Shown: positions 29,679 through 39,445 of the stretch, piece by piece | Position numbering within the stretch: position 1 is the stretch's first letter | Layout of the letters: each line of letters opens with the position of its first letter | From: an uncultured Acidobacteriota bacterium | Lineage (GTDB): Bacteria; Acidobacteriota; Thermoanaerobaculia; Multivoradales; JAHEKO01 | Length of the DNA stretch: 64,000 bases | NCBI GenBank assembly: GCA_963713825.1 | Contig: CAVQNG010000003.1 | Span: 1,696,001 to 1,760,000, forward strand | Direction: 5' to 3' | The notes under the pieces: generated by a model | Seen by the model: only the letters and a program-made list of their open reading frames with translations | What the model was told of the DNA's origin: nothing | The model's database searches: none | Translations under genes and position numbers: made by a program

Positions 29679-29781
29679 CGGCAACTGGAGAGACCTCGGA
29701 CGCGGCTTTGCACCTCTGTGATCTTGGAGATCGCTCTCTAAGCCGTTACGCCCCTATGCCCCTACTGCCTCTAACGGCGCC

Positions 29782-29863
29782 AGGGGTTCGTTCGGGTGAT
29801 TCGACAGGGGGGCTATCCTCCCTTCCGCTGCAAGAACCCCCTGGAGGTCCCCACGACGAACCT
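29782..29863 (+). repeat. A/B chimeric repeat
   Basis: Family A left end GGTTCGTTCGGGTGATTCGACAGGGGG joined at the shared CAGGGGG to the family B loop and right arm. Confidence 0.8.
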
Positions 29864-29884
29864 CCAAGAGATCTTGGCGATCTG

Positions 29885-29978
29885 CCCAAGCCCTCAAAGA
29901 TCGGCTGGCGCAGGTGCCAGACGCTTCAACCCCCAAGCCCACAAGGATCGGCCGGAGGTACGACGGCCGCCTCAATCC
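29885..29978 (+). repeat. Repeat family C, two tandem units
   Basis: CCCAAGCCCTCAAAGA-hairpin-CTTCAACCCCCAAGCCCACAAGGA-hairpin-CCTCAATCC. Confidence 0.75.
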
Positions 29979-30040
29979 TCATTGCCTTCCCGGGACTCTT
30001 GTCCCGGGAGGGCAGTGACCGCTATCCTGGGCCGACTCGA

Positions 30041-31456
30041 ATGACGCAGCCCGTTACCCTGCCCCTATGGCTTGTGGTCTTGCTGGTCGCCTTCGCGACT
30101 CTGGCGGCCTTGGACTATCTGATCAGGCCGAGCCTGCGATGGGTGGTTCGGCGACGGGTCCGGCGGGTGCTCGAGGATCTCGAGAGTCGCTTTCAGATCC
30201 GCGGGCGACCCTTCAAGCTGACGAAAAGACAGGTCCTGATTGACCGGCTCGTCTACGACCGGGAAGTGGCGGCCGCGGCCGAGCGGCACGCCCGGGAGAC
30301 GGAAATGTGTCCAGAGGAGACGCTGGATCGGGTCCAGCGATACGCCTCCGAGATCGTGCCGGCCTTCAATGCCTACTTCTATTTCAGACTTGGATACGGG
30401 ATCGCACGGTGGTTTGCGCGTTCGCTCTACCGGGTGCGCCTGGGGGTCTCCGATGGAGGAGCGCTGGCGGCCATCGACGAAAGCTCGACAGTGGTCTTCG
30501 TCATCAATCACCGTAGCAACATGGACTACGTCCTGGTCTCCTATCTGGCGGCGGAAAAGGCGGTTCTGAGCTACGCGGTGGGAGAGTGGGCGCGGATTTT
30601 TCCTCTCGAGTCCCTGATCCGATCCATGGGCGCCTACTTCGTGCGGCGTCGGTCGCGCAACGATCTCTATCGCAAGGTACTGCAGCGCTACGTGCAGATG
30701 GCCACGGCGGAAGGAGTGACCCAGGCCGTCTTTCCGGAGGGCGGCCTGAGTCGGGATGGAGGCCTCCAAGAGCCGAAGCTCGGTTTGTTGGACTACATGT
30801 TGCGGGAGTTCGATCCCGAAGGAGAGCGCGATCTGGCGTTCGTGCCGGTGGCTCTCAACTACGACCGGGTCCTGGAGGACCGAACTCTCCTGTTGGACCT
30901 CGATCCCGAGGCCAAGCGCAAGAAAGGCCTATCGGCGATGCAAACGACGGGGCGATTTGTCACTCGACAGCTGCAATTGATGACGCTGGCGAAATGGCAT
31001 CGCTTCGGCTACGCGTGCGTGAACTTCGGCAGCCCCGTCTTCGCCAAGGCCTATCTGGCAGAGCAAGGGGTGGATCTGCGAACTCTCGAAAAGGAAGAGC
31101 GCTTCGCGCGCGTTGGGGAGTTGGCAGACCACCTGATGGGCGAGGTTGGCCGGATCGTCCCCGTCACCCCCGTGGCGCTGGTGGCCACGGTCCTTTTGCA
31201 CGAGCCGGGACGGCGCATCAGCGACCTGGAGCTCAAAGCCGAGGTGCAGCGACGCATCGATCAATTCGAAGCCTCGGGACACCACGTCTATGTTCCGCGC
31301 CAGGACAGGGAATACGCTATCGATGTGGGGCTGCGCATGCTGGTGTTGCGGAAGGTGGTGGAGCGGGACGAAGAAGGCCTGCTGCGTGTGGAGCCTGACG
31401 AGCTCCCGCTGCTACGCTATTACGCGAACTCGATCGCCCATCTGGCAAGCGAGTGA
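30041..31456 (+). CDS. Glycerol-3-phosphate acyltransferase family protein (PlsB-like)
   Basis: NHRSNMD (HxxxxD), GAYFVRR, FPEGGLSRDG, VPVALNYD; N-terminal TM; start reassigned downstream of the repeats. Confidence 0.82.
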   Translation: MTQPVTLPLWLVVLLVAFATLAALDYLIRPSLRWVVRRRVRRVLEDLESRFQIRGRPFKLTKRQVLIDRLVYDREVAAAAERHARETEMCPEETLDRVQRYASEIVPAFNAYFYFRLGYGIARWFARSLYRVRLGVSDGGALAAIDESSTVVFVINHRSNMDYVLVSYLAAEKAVLSYAVGEWARIFPLESLIRSMGAYFVRRRSRNDLYRKVLQRYVQMATAEGVTQAVFPEGGLSRDGGLQEPKLGLLDYMLREFDPEGERDLAFVPVALNYDRVLEDRTLLLDLDPEAKRKKGLSAMQTTGRFVTRQLQLMTLAKWHRFGYACVNFGSPVFAKAYLAEQGVDLRTLEKEERFARVGELADHLMGEVGRIVPVTPVALVATVLLHEPGRRISDLELKAEVQRRIDQFEASGHHVYVPRQDREYAIDVGLRMLVLRKVVERDEEGLLRVEPDELPLLRYYANSIAHLASE

Positions 31457-31589
31457 GCTCGGTGTCCAACCCACCCGTTGGGGTGTTGCACCACCGAGGC
31501 TCAAGCTGTAGATGATGGGTTAGCAACCAAGTTCTGGGGCTGCTGGCTCTTGCCGGGCCGGTAAGCTGCCTGCCATTGGGGGAACCACC

Positions 31590-33371
31590 ATGGACTATCC
31601 ATCGCTGTACCAGATGTTCCAGGAAGTCAGCACCATCAACGGATCGAAGCTAGCGTTCAAGCACAAACGGAAAGGCAATTGGTTCGATGTCACCTGGACC
31701 GAAGCCAAGGAGACGGTGCAAAGAGTCTCGAAGAGCCTGATCGCTCTGAAGATCGAGAAGGCAAGCAAGGCGAGCATCCTGTCGCAGACGCGGCTGGAGT
31801 GGGTCCTGTGTGACTTCGGCATCGTCAGCTGCGGTGTCGTGACCGTCGGGATCTACCATTCGAACCTGCCCGAGGGCTGCGCCTACATCCTCGATCACAG
31901 CGATTCGGAGATCGTCTTCGTGGAAGATGCCGAGCAACTCGCCAAGGTCCTGGAGGTTCGAGAGCGGCTGCCCAACTTGCGGCACATCGTCATCTACGAA
32001 GGGCCCTCCGATGCAAAGCGAGGGGTGATGAGCTGGGAGGATTTCCTGGACCAGGGCGCCGATGTCTCCGAAGAGGAGGTAGCGCAGAGGGGCGAAGAGC
32101 TCGGTCCGGAAGATCTGGCCTCGATCGTCTATACCTCCGGCACTACGGGTGAGCCGAAGGGGGCCATGATCAGCCATGGAAACCTGGTTTTCACCAGTTG
32201 GTCAGCGGGAGAGTCCCTCTACATGGAGCCATTCTTCAGCACTCTCCTATTTCTACCTCTGGCGCATGTCTTCGCGCGGCTCATCGTCTACGTCTGCCTG
32301 CGAAAGGCCGTGCCCGTGGCATTCGCCGAGAGCTTCAACACAGTCGTACAGAATCTGCAGGAAATCCGTCCGCACTTCATCGCCAGCGTTCCCCGGGTCT
32401 ACGAGAAGGCCTACGACAAGATCGTCTCGAATGCGGCTGACGCCGGCGGCATCAAGCTGAAGCTCTTCTACTGGGCTTTGGGCGTCGGCCGCAAGGTTGG
32501 CGAGCTGCAGCAGAAGAAGCAACCCATCCCAGGCGGGCTGGCGCTCCAGCACCGCATTGCCCACAAGCTCGTACTGCACAAAGTCGTCGAGATCTTCGGC
32601 GGGCGTATGGAGTGGTCGGTGTCTGGCGCAGCGCCGCTCAACAAGTCCATTGCCGAGTTCTTCCATGCCTGTGGTGTTCTGATTCTCGAAGGGATCGGCA
32701 TGACCGAGAACACCTCCTTCACCCATGTGAACCGGTTCGACAACTACAAATTCGGCTCCGTCGGCCAGCTCGGTCCCGAGGTCGAGCACCTGATCGCCAC
32801 AGATGGTGAGCTGCTGACGCGCGGCGCCAACACGATGCAGGGCTATTTCAAGAACCCCGAGGCAACCGCGGAGACCATTGACCAGGAGGGTTGGCTCCAC
32901 ACCGGTGACATCGGGGAAGTCGATACGGAAGGGTTCCTACGGATTACCGATCGCAAGAAGGACTTGATCATCACGGCCGGTGGCAAGAACGTCGCGCCGC
33001 AGCACGTCGAGCAGGTCTTGCGTACATCCCACTACATCGGGCAGGTGGTTGCCATCGGCGACCGGAAGAAGTTCCTGTCGGCCATCATAACCCTCGATCC
33101 CGACACAGTGCCGGAGTGGGCTGCACAGAACGATCTCGGGGATTTGACCCTGGAGGAACTGGCCGTGCACCCCAAGGTGCACGAGCTGATCGAGATGGAG
33201 ATCGAGCAGCGTAACAAGAGCTTGGCCTCTTACGAGGGCATCAAGAAGTTCGAGATTCTGCCGCGGGACTTCTCAATCGAAGGCGGCGAGCTGACGCCGA
33301 CACTCAAGGTCAAGCGCAAAGCCGTCGTCGAGAAGTATAAGGACGAGATCGAATCGCTATACGAGACCTGA
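31590..33371 (+). CDS. Long-chain fatty acid--CoA ligase
   Basis: YTSGTTGEPKG, LPLAHVF, EGIGMTE, WLHTGDIG, DRKKDLI, TPTLKVKR. Confidence 0.92.
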   Translation: MDYPSLYQMFQEVSTINGSKLAFKHKRKGNWFDVTWTEAKETVQRVSKSLIALKIEKASKASILSQTRLEWVLCDFGIVSCGVVTVGIYHSNLPEGCAYILDHSDSEIVFVEDAEQLAKVLEVRERLPNLRHIVIYEGPSDAKRGVMSWEDFLDQGADVSEEEVAQRGEELGPEDLASIVYTSGTTGEPKGAMISHGNLVFTSWSAGESLYMEPFFSTLLFLPLAHVFARLIVYVCLRKAVPVAFAESFNTVVQNLQEIRPHFIASVPRVYEKAYDKIVSNAADAGGIKLKLFYWALGVGRKVGELQQKKQPIPGGLALQHRIAHKLVLHKVVEIFGGRMEWSVSGAAPLNKSIAEFFHACGVLILEGIGMTENTSFTHVNRFDNYKFGSVGQLGPEVEHLIATDGELLTRGANTMQGYFKNPEATAETIDQEGWLHTGDIGEVDTEGFLRITDRKKDLIITAGGKNVAPQHVEQVLRTSHYIGQVVAIGDRKKFLSAIITLDPDTVPEWAAQNDLGDLTLEELAVHPKVHELIEMEIEQRNKSLASYEGIKKFEILPRDFSIEGGELTPTLKVKRKAVVEKYKDEIESLYET

Positions 33372-33398
33372 GCACACAGCGGCTAGGCCACACAAAGC

Positions 33399-33986
33399 TC
33401 AGTCTTCCTCTGGCTGCGGCTCCGAGGGCTCTTCGCTGTCTTCTAGGGGAGGAGCGCAATCCCCATCTCTCAGGGTGGTGCGGGCAGCCTCGAGGTACTC
33501 ACCGAGTCCCTTCTCCGCCAGATCCTTGAGTAGGAGCAGGGGTGTACCGTAGTCCTCCTGAAGCACGGCCAACTCTTCCTTGAGACGCCGACAGAGGGGG
33601 GAATCATCGCCCTCTTCGCGGCAGATTCCGACGATCTCGGTGAGGCCGGGGCCTTCGAAGCCGTGGAGTGGCTGCTCTGCAGGGCTGGTCTGAAAAGGTT
33701 GGAGACGACCGGACTCCCGCTCCTCGGGCTCGAGGTAACGGCGAAAGATCAGGTCGTCCTTCGATCGCAGCAGAGCGTCGCCGTCACTATCCCTGACGAC
33801 GATGACCTCCTCTGGGCGATCAGCCAGTCGGACCTCCAGAATCTCCATGCCGTCGATCGGGCGATAGAGGACCTTGTTTCCGTTGTGTTCGAAGAAGCAC
33901 CCCTCATCGGCGACGGCGAGCGTGGAAGAACAGAGGCCCGCAACAGCCAAGATCAAGACAGAGACGATAGAGGGCGATTCAGTCAT
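33399..33986 (-). CDS. Hypothetical secreted protein
   Basis: Fills the gap; signal-peptide-like N-terminus (AVA-D); acidic; four Cys in the mature part. Confidence 0.6.
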   Translation of the reverse strand: MTESPSIVSVLILAVAGLCSSTLAVADEGCFFEHNGNKVLYRPIDGMEILEVRLADRPEEVIVVRDSDGDALLRSKDDLIFRRYLEPEERESGRLQPFQTSPAEQPLHGFEGPGLTEIVGICREEGDDSPLCRRLKEELAVLQEDYGTPLLLLKDLAEKGLGEYLEAARTTLRDGDCAPPLEDSEEPSEPQPEED

Positions 33987-34048
33987 CGGACTCACAGGTC
34001 GCGAGCCAAGATTCTACCTGGATCCTGGGCATAGTACCGATGTCTCAT

Positions 34049-34214
34049 AGAGGTCCGTCCGGGTGGTTCGCAGGCGGACGGCGGCGGCTACTCAGACTCT
34101 GGCGGGCTGGCCGCCACCTCGTCTCGTCGTCGCGCCCCATCTCCTGTGCCCTATCAGGGACCTTGCGCTGCGCTCGACTCGGCGCCCCCTGTCGAACCAC
34201 CCGAACGAACCTCT
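34049..34214 (-). mobile_element. Repeat family A copy 5
   Basis: Match to 10918-11082. Confidence 0.8.
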
Positions 34215-34313
34215 GGCACTACTGATGGCAGTAGGGGCTTAGGGGAGTAGAGGCTTCGGGTTGGCTTATATTTGTGCCCTGGAAGTCAGGACCTGTCTCA
34301 CCAACGGTTGTAC

Positions 34314-34393
34314 AGAGTTCGGCGTGGGGACCTCCAGGGGGTTGGTTGCTGTGGAAGGGAGAATAGCCCCCTGGGGGGCCCATGTCGGACCCT
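34314..34393. repeat. Repeat family B copy (reverse orientation)
   Basis: Reverse complement of 4983-5062. Confidence 0.9.
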
Positions 34394-34561
34394 CCCACCA
34401 CAGTCATTGGAGCGGGACTCAAGCCCCCTGCGAACCATCCGGACTGACCTCTACGGGAAGAGGGTTAGACACGCAAGACCCAGGTCCCGAGTCCCAGGAC
34501 AAGCGAGAGCCGGGACCGCCCGGTTGGGCGAGCCCAGCTTGGATTGGCCAGGTGGTCGAGC

Positions 34562-35185
34562 CTACTTGCGGTGGGCTTCGAGAAGGATCTCGATGTTGAC
34601 GTCGCCACCTACGACCATTGTCGCTGCCCAATTGCCGACGCCGACGCCATAGTCGTTGCGGTCGATCGAAGTGGCGGCCTGGAAGCTCGCCACTTCCTTG
34701 GTTCCGCCCATCATTTGCTGCATCTGCTCGGGCAATTCCTGTTTGCCCAGGAGTGTGATCGGCAGGTCCACTTCTCTGGATTCACCCTTGATCGTCAGCT
34801 GTCCGCGAGCCACGATCTGATCGTTGCCGCTGGCCTTGACCGAGGTGCTCTTGAACGTGATGTAGGGGTACTTGTCGGCTTCGAAGAAGTCTGGCGACAT
34901 CAGATGACCGTCTCGCTTCTCGTTGCCGGTGTTGATGCTCGAGACCGGAATCTTGACTTCGACCGAGCTGGCGGAGGGGTTGTCCGCATTGTAGTCGAGC
35001 TTGATCTCGAACTCGTCGAAGCTACCCGTGACAGGAGTGAAGAAATGCTTTACCGAGAAGTTGACCTCGGTGTGGGCGGAGTCGACGCCCCAGGTCGCGG
35101 CTCCAGAGGGCGATCCAGCAACCAGGCTGAATGCGGCCGCCAGGGCCAGGGCTAGTAGGAACAGATTCCATTTTGGACTTCGCAT
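34562..35185 (-). CDS. yceI: YceI family lipid/polyisoprenoid-binding protein
   Basis: W.VD.AHT.V.F.VKH, SINTGNEKRD.HL...DFF...KYP.ITF.ST, G.LTIKG, IDR.DYG. Confidence 0.92.
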   Translation of the reverse strand: MRSPKWNLFLLALALAAAFSLVAGSPSGAATWGVDSAHTEVNFSVKHFFTPVTGSFDEFEIKLDYNADNPSASSVEVKIPVSSINTGNEKRDGHLMSPDFFEADKYPYITFKSTSVKASGNDQIVARGQLTIKGESREVDLPITLLGKQELPEQMQQMMGGTKEVASFQAATSIDRNDYGVGVGNWAATMVVGGDVNIEILLEAHRK

Positions 35186-35227
35186 TTCGTTCTCCTTTTT
35201 CTATGTTGAATCTTCGCTGCTTCTATT

Positions 35228-35276
35228 AAACGTTCAAAACGTGCAAAACGATAACTCTAATTTGCTGTCTTGTCAA
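35228..35276 (-). promoter_or_regulatory. Sigma70 promoter of yceI with overlapping triple 9-bp direct repeat
   Basis: Minus strand TTGACA (35276-35271)-17 bp-TATCGT (35253-35248); plus strand AAACGTTCA AAACGTGCA AAACGATAA at 35228-35254. Confidence 0.7.
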
Positions 35277-35482
35277 GCACTCGGTTGATCGATCTGTATT
35301 GCGGGTCAGTCATTCTCATTTCCGTCATCTCAATACATGAGTGGGCCTGAGCCAGGGTTTCTTACACCTCCTTGGCTCGCTTGCCACACTCGGGAGGCCG
35401 CTTCAGGCCGTTTCCTGTAGAGTCCGGGCAAGACGCCCGATCGACATTGCTTCAGAATGGGTCAGTACAGAGGAGGTTCAGC

Positions 35483-36700
35483 CTGATCGCCGACAAAGGG
35501 CGCACCCTGACACTGCTTTCGATTGCGGTTCTGTTCTCCCTGTCACTGTGGTTCTCCGCCTCTGCGGTGCTGCCGCAGCTCATCGAGGAGTGGGAGCTGG
35601 ATGGAGCCGCCCAATCGTGGATGACCATGAGCGTCCAGGTCGGCTTCGTTCTGGGGGCCCTTCTGAGCGCCCTGTTGAATCTGGCTGATCGTTTTCCTCC
35701 GCACAGGTTGTTTGCCGCAAGTACGGTCCTTGCCGCAGCAGCCAATGCCGCGATACCGATGCTGGCTGACGGTCCCGGTTTCGCGTTGGTTTGTCGATTT
35801 CTTACCGGCGCCCTTCTTGCCGGGGTCTATCCGGTAGGCATGAAGATGGTGGCTACCTGGTGCAAGCGTGACCTGGGGCTATGGATCGGAATCTTGGTGG
35901 GAGCACTCACTGTGGGCGCCGGACTGCCACACCTGCTCAACGGGCTGGGGATCTTCGGCGAGGGAGGAATGCCTCCATGGAGGAACGTCCTTCTCACGAC
36001 CTCCGGTCAGGCGGTTCTAGCGGCGCTGATTGCGTGGTTCTTCGTACGACCAGGGCCCTATCTAGCTCGCTCGGCTCCCTTCGAATGGCGGGCGATGGGT
36101 CGTAGCCTGTCGGACAGACCGACGAGGCTGGCGAATTTCGGCTATCTGGGACACATGTGGGAGCTCTATGCCATGTGGGCCTGGGTACCGGCCCTCTTGA
36201 TAGCGAGCTATGGAGTCGCGGGTTGGGACCTGGCCAACGCCCGGATCGCCGCGTTTGCCGTCATCTCGATCGGCGCCTTCGGTTGTGTCCTGGCGGGCCG
36301 GGCGGCAGATCGCTATGGCCGGACGCTGGTGACCAGCTGGGCCATGATGCTCTCAGGGACTTGCGCTGTCTCGGTCGGGTTGTTTTTCGAGCGACCTGGC
36401 ATCCTGACAGCCCTATGCCTGATCTGGGGATTCACGGTTATCGCCGACAGTGCTCAGTTCAGTGCTGCTGTCAGCGAGCTGACGGATAGCCAGTACGTCG
36501 GAACGGCTCTGACTCTCCAGACCAGCATGGGATTTCTCTTGACCCTGGTGACGATTCGTTTGGTCCCGCCTCTAGTCGATCTCGTCGGGTGGCGCTACGG
36601 GTTCAGTTTCCTCGCGCTGGGCCCTGCCTTCGGGGTGTGGAGCATGCTGCGCTTGCGTAGCTTGCCGGAGGCCGAAAAGATGGCATCGGGCAACCGCTAA
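35483..36700 (+). CDS. MFS transporter
   Basis: SLWFSASAV, VQVGFV.G, GVYPVGMK, GYLGHMWELYAMW, ADSAQFSA; start uncertain (in-frame CTG after AGGAGG versus TTG at 35372). Confidence 0.85.
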   Translation: MIADKGRTLTLLSIAVLFSLSLWFSASAVLPQLIEEWELDGAAQSWMTMSVQVGFVLGALLSALLNLADRFPPHRLFAASTVLAAAANAAIPMLADGPGFALVCRFLTGALLAGVYPVGMKMVATWCKRDLGLWIGILVGALTVGAGLPHLLNGLGIFGEGGMPPWRNVLLTTSGQAVLAALIAWFFVRPGPYLARSAPFEWRAMGRSLSDRPTRLANFGYLGHMWELYAMWAWVPALLIASYGVAGWDLANARIAAFAVISIGAFGCVLAGRAADRYGRTLVTSWAMMLSGTCAVSVGLFFERPGILTALCLIWGFTVIADSAQFSAAVSELTDSQYVGTALTLQTSMGFLLTLVTIRLVPPLVDLVGWRYGFSFLALGPAFGVWSMLRLRSLPEAEKMASGNR

Positions 36701-36759
36701 CACGCTTGAGTAGCAGATCACCCAGGAGAAAGCCCAGAAGCAAGGCCCATATAGAAGGG

Positions 36760-36781
36760 CAGCCCCGCTATTGCGGGGCTG
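36760..36781. terminator. GC-rich hairpin, possible terminator
   Basis: CAGCCCCGC-TATT-GCGGGGCTG; pyrimidine tail only on the minus strand. Confidence 0.45.
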
Positions 36782-36923
36782 GGAGGGGAGGGGGAAGACT
36801 GCGGCAGTGAGGTCTGATCAGGTGGGATCAACTGCGGTCATTGGTGAGTGGTTCGGGATGGAAATTCCTTACAGGTGTCTTGCATCGGATGTGCTACATT
36901 CCCCCTCACCCAAAGGAGGCCCA

Positions 36924-39428
36924 ATGAGTCCGTTAGCTCGCGTCGGTGCCAGGCACCGTCCGTCGAAATGTGCAGTGTTCCATCTGCTGACCCTGTTGAG
37001 TTTCGTGTCCCTGCTGACGTCCTGTTCGGCTCCGCCGGAAACAACGGCTGTGGCCTTGGTTGACCGGTTCTCGGAGGCAAGCATCGACGGCACCTTGGAG
37101 GACCAGGAGCCTCCGCCACGCACCGAATGGCGTTTCGACGGTGAGGCGACGGTCGCCATACCCGAAGATCACCCTGGCCTGATGGGCTGGGAGGCGCTGA
37201 ACGGCATCGAGGATCTCGAAGTCCGCGAGGGCCACCTGGCGGGCCGTTCCACCTCGAACCCCCTGTTGATCGTCTCGCCGCCGGAAGGCCAAGATCCCAA
37301 CGACTACTTCCATGCCCTAGAGATCCAGCTCCGGGTGTCGGCTGGCAACCGGCTGAGCGTGGCCTTCGAGTCGGAGGAGGAGCCCGACAGGGAGGAGGTG
37401 GTCGAAGATCTCGAGAGCGATGCCTTTCTCGACTTCAGCACCGAGCTCTTGCCAGGTGAGGACGTCCAGACCTACACCCTCACCAGCGCCAATGCCACGT
37501 TCAACACCTCCTATCCGCTATCGAGCCTCCGCCACATCGTCATTCGTCCGACCGATGTCGAGGGGGCCGAGTTCGAGGTCGTCTCAGCTCGCCTCGTCTC
37601 GCTCAAAGAGCATCTGACAGCGATTCCTTCGGGAGTCAGTTGGCAGGGGTTGAGTGATGTTTTCCAGGAAACGATCGTGGCCCGCTCGCCCGAGCGCCTG
37701 ACCTTCGACGTCGACTTGCCCTCGGAACCTTTCCTGGACCTGTCCATCGGAACCGTGGATAGCGGTGCGGTGACCTTTGGCGTTGAAGTGGAATCGGAGG
37801 GTTCCTCCAGCGAGCTGCTCACGCGCACCATCACCACCGCTGGTCGATGGCATTCCACACCAGTCGAGCTGGGTGAATTTGCAGGGCGCCGGGTGGCGCT
37901 TTCCCTCACCCTCCTGGCGGACCGCCCTGGTACGCCAGGGTTCTGGGGATCGCCGGTGATCCGCAACAGGGCCGGCCACCCAGAAGTCACTCCCAGCTCA
38001 CCCGCTCGGGCTGCCGTGACCGGTGACGACCCGCCTCCGCCTCAGGGTGTGATCCTGATCATTGCCGACACCTTGCGGCGAGATCATTTGCAGCCCTACG
38101 GCTACGAGCGTGACACTGCACCGGTTCTGAACAGCCTGGCCAGCGAGGGTGTCCTGTTTCAGGATGCCATCGCCCAGGGGACATGGACGAAAGTCTCGGT
38201 CTCGTCCATTGTCACCTCGCTCTATCCCACGACGCACGGCGTCAAGGACATGCCGGATCGACTGCCCGCTGGGGTGACGACCCTGGCTGAGGCCTATCGC
38301 ACAGGCGGGTATGCCACGTTCGCCACCTCGTCGGTGCCCTTCACGGGCAAGCTCACGAATATGCATCAAGGGGTCGAAGTGCTGCACGAGCGATCGTCGC
38401 TTCCGGAGGTCGATTTCAGCGAGTCCAAGACCTCGAGGACCTACACCGATCGACTTCTCGAGTGGATCGAGCTGCACCAGGACGTGCCCTTTTTCGCGTT
38501 TCTCCACGTCTTCGATCCACACAGTCCTTTCGAGCCCTACCTTCCCTACGATTCGGTCTGGCTGAGCGCCCAGGAGTCGGCCGAGCACCGTGAGCAGATG
38601 GAGCAGGTCAAGGAGTTCATCGACGACGACTTCAGGAAGGCAGAGGGCCTGCCCAACCCAGAGGAACTGGCCGAGGCGGGGATCGACCAGGAGACCTACG
38701 TATTCCGAGAGAAGGCCTGGTACGACGCCTCGATTCTGGCCATGGACGTCGAGCTCGGGCGACTGATGGAGCGGCTCGAGGAGATGGGGCTCGCCGAGGA
38801 CACCCTGATCGCCTTCGTCAGTGACCACGGGGAGGAGTTCCTGGAGCACGGCCGACACTTTCACGGTTACAGCACCTACGGTGAGATGCTCAACGTGCCC
38901 CTGATCCTGCACTGGCCGGCGGCGATCCCGGCGGGTGTCGAAGTCGAGCAGACCGTGCAGGCCATCGACTTGATGCCCACTCTTCTGGAGTTGAGTCGGC
39001 TGCCAGTGCCGGACCGGGCTCAGGGCCAGAGCCTGCTGCCACTCCTGGCGGAGTCCAACCCCAGCTCGCTGGGCTGGTCACCGCGGCCCGCCATCGCCGA
39101 GAGGGCCCTCGCCCCAGCGGCCTTCGAGAACGAGGACGATCCGGACCAGGTCGCGTCCTTCGCCATCGTTCACGACGGCTGGAAGCTGATCAAGAACACA
39201 ACTCGACCTGCGGACTGGCCGGAGTACGAGCTCTATGACCACGAGGCCGATCCGCTGAATGCGAACGACGTGGCTGACGATCACCCCGAGGTGGTCGAGC
39301 GTCTGGCCGGGTACCTGGAGAAGTGGCACGAGGCGGCACTGGAGGCCAAGGTCGAAGCCGAGGCGACAGCTGAATCCATGAGTGCCGAAGAGCTGCAGCA
39401 GCTTCGGAGCCTCGGGTATATCCAGTAG
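36924..39428 (+). CDS. Sulfatase-like (alkaline phosphatase superfamily) protein with N-terminal extension
   Basis: IIADTLRRDHL, TWTKVS, FDPHSP, SDHGEEF, ELYD...DP, LRSLGYI; ATG after GGAGG; possible lipobox LTSC. Confidence 0.85.
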   Translation: MSPLARVGARHRPSKCAVFHLLTLLSFVSLLTSCSAPPETTAVALVDRFSEASIDGTLEDQEPPPRTEWRFDGEATVAIPEDHPGLMGWEALNGIEDLEVREGHLAGRSTSNPLLIVSPPEGQDPNDYFHALEIQLRVSAGNRLSVAFESEEEPDREEVVEDLESDAFLDFSTELLPGEDVQTYTLTSANATFNTSYPLSSLRHIVIRPTDVEGAEFEVVSARLVSLKEHLTAIPSGVSWQGLSDVFQETIVARSPERLTFDVDLPSEPFLDLSIGTVDSGAVTFGVEVESEGSSSELLTRTITTAGRWHSTPVELGEFAGRRVALSLTLLADRPGTPGFWGSPVIRNRAGHPEVTPSSPARAAVTGDDPPPPQGVILIIADTLRRDHLQPYGYERDTAPVLNSLASEGVLFQDAIAQGTWTKVSVSSIVTSLYPTTHGVKDMPDRLPAGVTTLAEAYRTGGYATFATSSVPFTGKLTNMHQGVEVLHERSSLPEVDFSESKTSRTYTDRLLEWIELHQDVPFFAFLHVFDPHSPFEPYLPYDSVWLSAQESAEHREQMEQVKEFIDDDFRKAEGLPNPEELAEAGIDQETYVFREKAWYDASILAMDVELGRLMERLEEMGLAEDTLIAFVSDHGEEFLEHGRHFHGYSTYGEMLNVPLILHWPAAIPAGVEVEQTVQAIDLMPTLLELSRLPVPDRAQGQSLLPLLAESNPSSLGWSPRPAIAERALAPAAFENEDDPDQVASFAIVHDGWKLIKNTTRPADWPEYELYDHEADPLNANDVADDHPEVVERLAGYLEKWHEAALEAKVEAEATAESMSAEELQQLRSLGYIQ

Positions 39429-39445
39429 GGGGCTAGAGGCTCAGG

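Noticed and set aside
21922-29978. Family C as a CRISPR array or integron attC sites
   Set aside because: At most two units per locus, dispersed, with related self-complementary inserts, no cas or integrase gene, and no proper RYYYAAC/GTTRRRY pairing.
29708-30040. 111-aa N-terminal extension of the acyltransferase in the ORF track
   Set aside because: Consists of octamer, A/B and C repeats; the family-like sequence begins at ATG 30041.
36880-36897. Sigma54-like TAGCAC-N5-ATGC on the minus strand
   Set aside because: The invariant GG at -24 is missing.
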